Below, one piece after another: positions 54,192 through 64,000 of a stretch of DNA of 64,000 nucleotides. The notes under the pieces were generated by a model. The model saw only the letters and a program-made list of their open reading frames with translations, had not been told where the DNA came from and did not search any database. Every line of letters begins with the position of its first letter. The stretch's first letter is position 1. Source of the DNA: Convolutriloba macropyga (taxonomy: Eukaryota). The stretch lies in the NCBI RefSeq assembly GCF_964194025.1, contig NC_134481.1, positions 43,338,001 to 43,402,000 of the forward strand, given 5' to 3'. Both the position numbers and the translations under genes were made by a program.

Positions 54192-57101
54192 CTCGTTTTA
54201 TTCCTACAAGGAATGTATATATGATCCCATGAACCAAGAAAACATTATGAGGAGGCTATATGCTATGAAGGGGTCACGGACCCAAACACATTGGCTCTTG
54301 ACTTGGGTTTTTGACATAGTTTTCAACAGCGAGAATGGTTAAACTGGAGAAAGGAAATGATCCAGCCTTTGTCAGCCAAATTGCTGATTTTGGCCAGACA
54401 TCGAAGTACACTTAAAACACTCACGTGCACATTTTAAAATGCCGAAAGTCTGCAGTGCCAGAAGTTAAAATGCCAGAAGTTGCTACTTAGCCAGAAGTTG
54501 AATTTCGTTGACTTTTGTCATTTTAAAACGTGTGCGTTTCGTGTATTAAGCATGGTTAAGTGCCTCTGCAGCAGTCACTTCCAAATTCTGACTTAATATC
54601 TCGAACCGCTTCGCGGTTCTCGATAAACGCCAGAAGTTCTCAGCCACATAACCATTCCTTCAATTCAGCCCATTTTCTTCTGGCCTTTAACAAGAGTTTG
54701 ATGTGGTGCTATACCTGCTTTTGAACTTTTAAACATGAGCTGAGGGAAAAAATAGCATAATTGAATTTATAAACCCTGTTAAGAGGTAATATTAAGACAG
54801 TTAGCATTAACCAGAATCCCATTTTATCTTCTCAACCCGATTGTAACACAGGGCTTCAGCCCAGGACCATTCATAACCCTCGATAGAAAAAATTGGATCT
54901 ATTCTGTTTCGGCTCAACCAGTGTTTTTTATGACCCCCAGTTAGAAATTATATGTTCTTATATAGCACGTTACTATGTAAGAAAATAGCACGTACGTCTG
55001 GGTGTCACAAAAAACTCATGCTCACTAAGCTGGGGGGGGGACAGAATAGATCCAAAAAATTAATAAGTTTGTTTCTGCGTAATCGCGCAGAGGAGCAGCA
55101 TTGGGTTTTTTTACTCTGCAGTGCCTTAACATTACCCTGTTCTCAGCTGTATTTTTCTATTTCTATCATACACTATGGTACCAAAAAGCTACGTACATCT
55201 AAAGATTTTTAAAAAGCAATAGAAACAACAAATAGTATAACATTTTGAGTTCAAATTAGTTCTCTAATAACGCGTCATTACACCTTTAGCTTTTTTAACG
55301 TCTAGTAGACGGTTTGCATAGCTTTCAAACAGGTTTCTCACGACGTCTGCGTCAATTTCATTCCAAATTTCATACACTTTTTCTTCTAAATTTTCTCAAA
55401 AAAACTGTCTGTTTTTGTAATCGCTGCTTCAAAATTGCCCATAAATTTTCAATAGGATTCAGATCTGGACTGTATGCTGGCCATTCCAGTACTTCCCACT
55501 CGTTTTCTTGGAAGAAATTGCCAATAATTTTCGATTTATGCACAGGAGCATTATCTTGCTGAAAAATAAGGTCCTGGAAATACATTTTTTCTTCGTAAAT
55601 TTTCAAAATTTCCAAATAACTGACAGCGTTTAGCTTGTTTGGTCACTTAACAAGCAATTTCCGTTCATCTGATTGTATTGCACCCCAAAAACATAAGTGA
55701 TCGTTTGTCCGAACTCAAACTTTTTGTGTTTTTTTCAAGAAATCTCGTTCCATTTCTTCGAAAAACTCTAACAATTCCGTCGCTGGAGATGCGCACCCTT
55801 GTTTCATCAGTAAAAACCACCTTCTGCCAGAAAAAGAACGGCTTCTTGAGCATATTGATACACCATTTTGAACGAAAACACTTGCTTTTATTCTTTAAAC
55901 TGACTTCAAACTGAAGATTGGCGGCTTGTAGCAATAACTTTTTTGAATTTTTCTTTTATCACCGTATTCAGCGCTCAAAACCGGAATTTGAGTTCAAAGC
56001 CAAAAATTCAAAACCTGGAAGTTAAGTCTCATTTTATATCTGCTCTGGAAAAAATCAGCTTCATGAGATTCAGCTTCTTGCGTCTCCTGCAAGGCATTGA
56101 TAATTATTAGTTAGTTTTATTGATAATTATTAGTTGTAAGCAACAATAGTTCTGTACCGGTTTCAGCCATCAACCAAAAATTTACGTTACAGAAAAGTTT
56201 TCTCACTCTATATCATAAGAAAGCAATATTCTTTAATTGTTGTGCTTCTTGAGGTTGCTTCTTAGATTTCCAATTGCAGCACCAACTATGCAGAAAAAAC
56301 TTTAACTAGACTAAAATGTAGATTTTTGAATCTTAGCAACTGTTGTTAGATCGTATATGGTTCTTACTAATCATACAAAGACCATATATTCACACGTCAA
56401 TGATTGAGTGTTCAATCCCCTGCCTCCGTGAAGCTGTCTGTGTGAGGATGAGTTTTTACTTAACCATAGCTTCAGGTTTACCATAGCCTTACCAATGTTG
56501 GTTGCAATGATGGTACCACGTGAAAGTTTCAGACGCAAAAAAGTGGCTATAGTCACTAAAAAAGATCAGTGCTGCTCATAAAAAGATCAGTCTGAAATGT
56601 GGTGAATAATAAGAAAAAGGGCAGCTGAGAACAGGCTATTGTAGGCCTAATGTTATTCCGCTGCGATTACGCAGGGACCATAATTAGTATTAGTTATTAT
56701 ATATGGTTCGTAGATTTCATTAAAGGAAGATATATGATTCTTACTTAACATTGCAAGAACATGCTAAGCAATTTTATATGCCTTATATGGAAGCATATGT
56801 GTTCTTTATATTCTTCCCGGGTAGTGTGACAGATTAGCTATATGCAGATATTTCTAGAAGTTTTTTTAGGAAACTTGCCTTTGTAAAAACCTAGTAATAC
56901 TATATCCGCTATCTAGCAAATTTTTATGAAATTATAAACTTGCCGATTTGAGTTTCCATGTTTCCATACTGTCAAATGACCATCCCCAAATGGCACTGGT
57001 GTCTCGCTTTCGGGAGCTAGTTCTAATTCCCAAAAGCTGCTGCTGTTTTCTGCTAATACGGACTGAAGTAGAGCCAGCAAATAAAACAGCTTAATAATCA
57101 T
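53082..57101 (-). CDS. Partial multi-exon gene for a secreted protein; candidate exons 57101-56940, 56433-56396, 54343-54290, 53280-53082; 3' end not found
   Basis: MIIKLFYLLALLQSVLA signal peptide; PFGDGHLTVW..RQLHGG kelch-like motif split across exons; clean exon YFVRPLALL..MWSDEM..MLPMEE with ttttggcag/GTAATT; phases compatible. May be two genes. Confidence 0.5.
54139..54189. repeat. (TA)n microsatellite
   Basis: Directly visible. Confidence 0.97.
54415..54643 (-). repeat. Dispersed ~230 bp repeat, copy B
   Basis: Reverse complement of 2530-2757. Confidence 0.75.
54895..55053. mobile_element. GGATCTATTCTG-family MITE with perfect 8-bp TSD (aaaaaatt)
   Basis: aaaaaatt|ggatctattctgt ... 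acagaatagatcc|aaaaaatt. Confidence 0.9.
55171..55935 (-). mobile_element. Tc1/mariner (DD34E) transposon remnant, 5'-truncated and frameshifted
   Basis: WQKVVFTDE, FQQDNAPVH, WPAYSPDLNPIENLW; 34 residues between the second D and the E; possible terminus TA|CACTATGG at 55171. Confidence 0.92.
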
Positions 57102-58096
57102 TTTTTTCAGAGAAACCAAATAAAAGGTTGGCAACATAGCAAATGCAAACGCAAGTGTAGATGTTAGTAAATAGAAAAGATACGTAGAAAATAGAAAATA
57201 TACACACCCATTAAGAAATAGAACAGCCTCAAAACAGTGTCAAGTACAAATGGAAAAGAAATGTTAAAAAAATTGTTCACATGCTTGGGAATATTATATT
57301 TGAAAATCAAGTCTTACGTGCTTCAAATTTATCTGATGCCCTAAAACGATATTCATTTTAGAAAGCGGCAAACACGAAAATTATTCAAACATCCAGTTAG
57401 AAAAAGGGCAGAAAATGAAAGTGAAAATGAAAGTCTCACAAAGCTGGTTGCACAAATAAATTTTGTTTTTCAACTTTCTTAAACAAACTTAAGTAAAGTT
57501 CGTGAAGGGCGTGCGTTTTATCTTAAGCAAAATCTACAGGTAAAAATGATTGCCAAAAAACCTTAAATAGCCAAGTGACCTCGCCATTAAGGCTTTGGGC
57601 TAAAATCGTCCAGACTACTTGTAGCGTTCTGTTACCTCAATTCAATGCGTTAGAAAATGTACATAAAAAACAGTTTAATTCCGCATGCTCTTTAAAGAAC
57701 TTTTTATTACCAAGTTTCAATTCATAACTTGACGCTTGAAAATTTTGTTTCTCAATCCAAAAAAATTATGCCCTAATTCTCCAAATTCTTCACACGTTTG
57801 GCCAAGAGCCAAGACATTGCTTAAAGGAGTATTGGAACCCGTTTTGTCACTTTTGCAACTGAATTCCAAATGCGCCTCGACAAAACATCCAAGTCTATCA
57901 TGACATCAAAAATTACGTTTCTGGTGAATCTGTGAAAAACCCACAAAAACGTTTTTCCAATTTAAAGGCTGAAAAACAAATTGTTGGTTCCGATGACATA
58001 ATATTGGAGATCAATTTGTAACCTGTCAAAATGGGGTCGCAGATGATGAACGATAAAAACGCTACAAAAAAGACAATTTTAATTTGAATTTTGCTC

Positions 58097-60830
58097 CTTG
58101 TGTAGAGAAAAGACAGCTAGCGGACTTCAAAATGAGTTAGCGATGAATTTGTTTAAGAGTGCTTTATGTGTTTTGGGTGCTTCCAACAGAGGGAGTAAAA
58201 AACATAGGCAGCAGCAGGAAAACTCAATGATGACTAGATTTGAGCGATGGAGATCGGGTGAGTATGCTGCCCTTTGGTACGAAGCGGCTTCAATGAAGCA
58301 AGCAAAAAATAAAAGTAACAGCACAATGGAAGCGCTTGCCTCCCGAGCGAAAACACTTTGTCTTCAAGGACAGTTTGGTCGTGCGGCAAAGATTTTATCA
58401 TCGGAGAGAATAGCACCCGACAACAGAAAAACACTCATTGAACTCAAAAAAACTGCATCCAGAGGAAAACGAAATTCTTCAGCCGTTGGAAGACTGACTA
58501 TAGCTGCGAAGCTTATCAATTCGATGAGAGAAAGGTCCTCTTGCAGCTCCAGTCTTTTCGGAAATTCACAGCAGCTGGGCCGTCCAAAATGTAACCAGAG
58601 CATCTTCTTCGCGCGATCAATTGATCAATTTCTGATCAATCCAAGCGGGCCATGAATTCCCTAACCAAATTAGTGAACTTGGCCAGCAGAGGCCAGCTCC
58701 CAAGTTTTGTGGCTCCAGCTTTTTGTAGTGCTACATTAACCGCAATGGATAAAAAGAAAACCGGCAATAGACATATTGCTGTGGGTGAAGTAATTCGGCA
58801 ACTTGTTGCCAAGCGCATTGCAAAAGAAGCAGCCATCGAGGCGGTTGAGTTGTTTTGTTCAAAGCAGTTGGGAGTTGCTGTCAAGGGAGGTGCCGAGAGC
58901 ATAGTGCATGCCAAAAAAATAACCTTCGAGAGAATCAAGAGAGTAGAAAGTGGGGGCATACTTCAAATTGATTTCAGAAACGCATTTAATTCAGTGAAGA
59001 GCAGTCATCTCCTCGGCTCAACAAAAATTTTGATGCCTAGTAGAATTTCATTTGCATCCTTTTGTTACTCGAAACATAGTGATTTGTTCTTTAATTGCAC
59101 AACTGTAGACAGTTAGACAGGAGTGCAACAAGGTGATCCAATAGGTCCACTTTTGTTTTCATTGGCCATCTGGCCTCTTATTGACGAAATAGAAAGCAAA
59201 ACAACAAATCTCATGCAACATTGCTGGTATCTCGATGACGGAATTATTGCAGGAACCGATATCGAACTTTGTAAAGCGTTAGAAATTCTCTCAGAATCAA
59301 GAGAAAAAATTGGTTTGGAACTCAGGAAGGACAAGTGCGAGCTATGATCAGTCGAAAGCATGACAAAAATTGACTGTTTGTTCAAGAGGAACTGCGTAGA
59401 TGGAATTGAAATTTTAAGAGCTGCTATAGGATCTGAATCTTTCGTTTCCTCTTGTTTACTCAAACGCGTTAACAAATTAGAAGAACTTCTAGACAATTTA
59501 GCATATGTAGACGATCCTCAATGTGCTCTTAGTATTTTGCGTTCTTGCCTTGATGCTCCCAAAATGCTCTACTCTTTGCGATGCAATTCTCCTTCGGACG
59601 AATCAAATAAAATCCTTCGAAAATTTGATTCGGTTCAGCGTGCAACCTTTGAAGGTATTCTTGGAGTTTTGTTGTCAGACAGCTCTTGGGACCAAGCATG
59701 CCTTCCAATCTATAAAACCGGTGTAGGAATAAGACGATCAGCAGATCAAGTTCAGGCTGCATACGCTGGATCTGTTTTTTAATCCTCTGTTCTTGTAGAA
59801 AAATTAACAGGCCATAATCCAACTGAAGACATCTCATTTGTTAAAGCAGTTGAAGAATTGAGCGAAATTGCGACGGCATGTCGCTCTCAAAAAAAAATTC
59901 GCGAGGAATTTGACAACTCAGCCTTTGACAAATTGTTAGGAAAACAAAGTTCCATAAGAGAAAAATCTCGCTTACAATCTTTTTCTCTACCGCAGTCTGG
60001 TGCCTGGTTACCCGCAGCCCCCATTCCAGCTCTGGGATGACATTTATCTTCCAATGAGTTCCGTGTTGCTCTCAAATATCGACTGGGTGTAAAATTGTAC
60101 GAGAACGAAAGAAAATGTCCTTTTTGTAAATCTGGGACTCTAGATGTAATGGGCGACCATGCGGTGTCATGCCAAGGTCGCGGTGATATGATCTCTCGTC
60201 ATGATCGTTTACGATACAAAATTATATCAGCTTGCTCGGGAGCTTTTTTGTCACCCATCTCTGAACAGAAATGTTTACTACCCGACAATAACTCCAGACC
60301 GGGCGATATCTTCTTACCTGTATGGAATGACGGTCAACCAGCAGTTTTGGACGTTACCGTCACTTCTCCCTTGCAGTCAAGCTTCATTATAAATGCTTCG
60401 GAGAAGAGTGGTTTCGCACTGTCAGCTGCTGAAGACAGGAAGTACAAACAGTGCGCCGAGAATTGTAGTGAAATCGGAATTCAATTCATTCCTCTGGCTT
60501 TCGAAACGTTTGGGGGATTTTCAGAGACAGTTCGTAAGACCCTCAAACAAATCGCTACTCTGGCTGATAACAGAAATTTGCAGCCGGCGGGTTTGTCGGT
60601 AGCCTTCAGTAGGTTATCTCAATCAGTCTCTGTTACAGCATTTCGGGGGTCTGCAATCATGCTCCTTGCAAGGGATGCGAGATTGTAGACACATATGAAA
60701 CGGGAGCAGACCTTTGAATCCTTGTTGCAGAAGTTAAGAGGCGAGTCGGCCTTGAATAGCGTGTAATCCATGGGCGGGGACAATCTATAGTGATAAGTTT
60801 TTGACTCACCCAATGAGTGGGGAGCCCAAA
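58097..60830 (+). mobile_element. Decayed CRE-clade non-LTR retrotransposon (RT + CCHC + restriction-like endonuclease), 5'-truncated
   Basis: RHIAVGE, QLGV..GGAE, DFRNAFN, GVQQGDPIGPLLF, WYLDDG; C-terminal CPFC..HAVSC, RHD, RPGDI..LDVTV..EDRK; in-frame stops near 59114, 59345, 59780, 60038 and a frameshift near 58450; coding region ends 60688. Confidence 0.9.
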
Positions 60831-61674
60831 TTTATTGAATTATCATACTAGTTGTACCCCAGGGGCGGGTGAAATGTGATTACCCAGAAGAGGAAATTTT
60901 ACCTCAAACAATTTTTCCAAACAGGAAACTATTGTGATTGCATTGGTGATTGCATGGGTTGAACTGATAACAATGATCGTTTATGAACCAAGGTTTTTCT
61001 AATTGTAAATTTTAAAATCCTCGCTGACACTTGGCGACGTTTTCCGAAGATTTGCAGAAACAACTTAATTTGGCAGTCATTATAAAGAGAACAAAACAAC
61101 TTCTAAGATTAACCCATTTCCGTATTTCATGAAAAACACGAAAATAGGAATATGGACTGAAATGACAAAAGCTAAAATTGAAACTGTGGACGATAATTTT
61201 ATCCCGAACACAAAAGTAAATCCACAGCCAGAAATGATAAGTGTACCGGATGTGAAAACTTCTTAAGTTGTGCGAAGAAGCAAAATTTACCAGAAAGATT
61301 TTAAAAACTATCAGAATGGACATAACAGGGGAATCGGTCAAAATTGAGGACTCTTAAATTCTGAGACTGGCCAAAAAGACAGATCTAATGATGAAAACGA
61401 ATAGCAGAAATAACATGCACAAGAAAACAACTCGGAAAGATTTCAAGAATTAATTCTTGTTGTAAAATTCTTGGTGTAAAACATTTTGGTAAGAACAGCT
61501 CACTGCTCTAGTAAACGTGAGTTTCATTGGTAATTTAAACTGCATTAATGTATGTGAAATTTTCTCAATTGATTGTTTTGAGTAATTAGATTGTTTTCCA
61601 TTTATGGTGTTTCCATCAAAACAAACTTTAAATAGAGATAAATTTCGTTGGCACTCAAAATATTGGTGAAAAGA

Positions 61675-63746
61675 CAGAAAACTCCCTGACAAAAAACTCC
61701 TGGACAAACAGTTCAAGACAAAACAGTCCCTAATTGCAAAATAGTTCCGGACAAAATGGTCCAAAAAAGACAAACAAAACAACCCCGGTCAAAAAGCTGG
61801 TTAGACAGATCAAAAATAAAGTGCAGCTTTAATCTTCAAAGAAAGCTTTGAAGTCGAAAAAAAGATCAGTGGCATTTTGGTTAGTGCTCTGGACGATCAT
61901 TCGAGTCCGAAACAGATGGCTGGTTCAAGCCCAATAGGCCAAAAAAAATTCGCAAAAATCCACAATTGCGGGTAAATCGGACTGGAAGGTGCGGAAATTG
62001 GGAAAAGTGTTTAAATTCGGAGAATCCGGCCGTATGTTGTCGCGAGAGAAGAAAAAACTAAAACCAAAACCTTGATCAACATTTTGCAATAATCAGATTA
62101 GTTCTAGTATTTTTTCAAAATTAAAATTTGTGGTCGAAAATGAATGAATTGAACTAAAGAAAATAGAGGATCACAATAACAAATCAGCACATGTTAAAGT
62201 TTAATATTATAGCTGAAGCCTCGCAAAAAATCAATCAAGTTCTCATGCCGCTACTTGTGGAAAAAATCTTGTAGAACTGCATCAATGCTGGCGTAATTTT
62301 CTTCCTTTGGCCTCCATAATTGCTGACTGTGGTTTTCTTCCCTACCATTGCTCATGAATTTTTCGTTCGTCCTCGATTTATCAGTTTCGGTAGCAATGGA
62401 TGTTTTGTATTGACCAGTTTTTACAACACTATTGTTCCAGGCTGCGACAGAGTTGTTTGTTCTTGGATACCTCTGCAATTGTCTTCAAATTAATTGAAAA
62501 TTGACATCCTCCACAAATGACATCTTCCACTGGCGGGAAAACTTTGCAAAGCATCTTTCTGCTATGCTCTCGGAACTTCAAATTTTTGTTTTACTCCAAT
62601 GCTTTGCCGGCGGGGTGCACATGTCTCCACATTTTTTTGACAAAGATGGAAAAATAACATTAATTTCAAACGTTTTCATTACTCGGAAGGAATGCGTTGA
62701 CAACCCCAATTTCGAAATCGATTTTCACTCTTTTGTTGATGTTTCCGGAAGGGATATGAGTAGTTTTCTGTGGCTTTCACCCTTTTTGTTAGTAAGGACA
62801 GCATACACGAGCAAGAAATTGGCGCTGTGAGCCGAAGCGTGAATTGTGTAGAGCTGAAAGAAGACGTTTGGACGTGTTGAGATTGTCCCATCGCAGAACT
62901 ATTCGTCTCATTGCTCGAGCAAGTCAATGTCTAGCGGAGCTACAAAAACAATAATTCTTTTTCCATCTTAGGGCCCTGAATCACAAAACTCTAACTTCTA
63001 AACGCTATGTATAATTTCAAAGATCTCTGGTATCTCAAATCTTTTCAGCAAAGAGGGCTCATTTTTTCTGGACTATTTTTTTGCCGCGTTCTCTTAGCTG
63101 TTCTTTGGATTGAGTTGCAAACTGCAATATTGGCCGCTGTTTTTTACAGATGTCTTTTGGCAGCAACAATAGTAAATCATGAATTCTCGTCAGCCAAAGC
63201 TACTGTGCATTTTTATTCTGAACGATTTTTCTCGTTTCTTTTCAATATCTGCTGGATCAAGTAAATGGCTACGAACTGTGATGACTTCGATTCCTTCATT
63301 GCGAAGCTTGACTCTGCCATTGCATTTTGTAATATAGCAGACTCAAGAAGATGCATCATCAGTATGTTGTCGGTGCCCACTAAGACATAAACTACCTTCA
63401 ACGACAAGCAGTTCCCGTTTTTTTTTGTCTTAGTGTTTTCCATAACAACAATTTGCGTCAAAATTAGGATGCCGAACGTCGTGAGGCATCTTTTATATGC
63501 TTGGCAATTAAAACAAAAACATGTCCTCAAGTTTAACAACTGTTTTTGCGTCTGTTTTTAATACTTTGATAATTTGATTCGTTTAACTTAATTGTCAGAT
63601 TTACTTTCGTTAATTAATGCGTTGAGTCACAATCTTTAAAATTTCGGGACTATTTTGCCTGTCCCTGTTTTGTCAGGTGATTATTTTGGGTTTTAGGACT
63701 ATTTTGTCCGGGGCTGTTTCTTCTCGGACTGTTTTGTTCGGACACG
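61675..63746 (-). mobile_element. Decayed MULE/Mutator-like DNA transposon
   Basis: - strand remnants CDGTISTRPNVFFQLYTIH (~62895-62838), IDFEIGVVNAF (~62722-62690), YPRTNNSVAAWN (~62470-62435); inverted ggacaaaa(t/c)ag-type subterminal repeats at ~61680-61790 and ~63645-63745. Confidence 0.8.
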
Positions 63747-64000
63747 ATAATATCAATTTTACTTAATTGAAGATTTTGCCTATGGTTTTCTCTATCCAAT
63801 TTGAATACACGACAGGAGCCATTTTTATCAACCATTTTTATCGAGGGTGTGAAAAATTGTTTCATATTAGAATTTAATAACAAATTAAGGCTTCCCGCGC
63901 CTTAACCGCTCTTATTTTAAATGCTGGAATCTTCGTTTAAAGCAATTGTATCGAAAACGTTCTTCTTTTGGCAAACGGTACACACTTTTTAGCAATGAAT

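Overview
AT-rich, intron-containing eukaryotic (animal-like) genomic DNA, densely packed with repeats; no prokaryotic features, rRNA or CRISPR. Two tandem paralogous 5-exon S1A (trypsin-fold) serine protease genes lie on the + strand (2212-11157 and 34766-48415). I assembled both by hand into open frames, including small exons the ORF track misses. Both keep the His/Asp/Ser triad but have unusual active-site neighbours (FDSGSP and CDSGSP, Gly193 replaced). Between them are a partly duplicated, probably decaying single-pass membrane gene with two ITIM-consensus tyrosine motifs (~13.5-18.6 kb), a decayed Ty3/Gypsy LTR retrotransposon on the - strand (20233-26647, tRNA-Ser-type PBS) and a complex 2.3-2.8 kb tandem duplication (27.8-32.9 kb). 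The right part holds fragments of a - strand secreted-protein gene (signal peptide, kelch-like motif, unnamed domain; 53082-57101), a Tc1 DD34E remnant, a decayed CRE-clade non-LTR retrotransposon (RT plus restriction-like endonuclease) and a MULE remnant. Introns and intergenic DNA carry many MITE/foldback elements, notably a set with CCC(A/G)-type termini and 2-bp target-site duplications. There are two assembly gaps. All gene models were derived by eye and need transcript confirmation.
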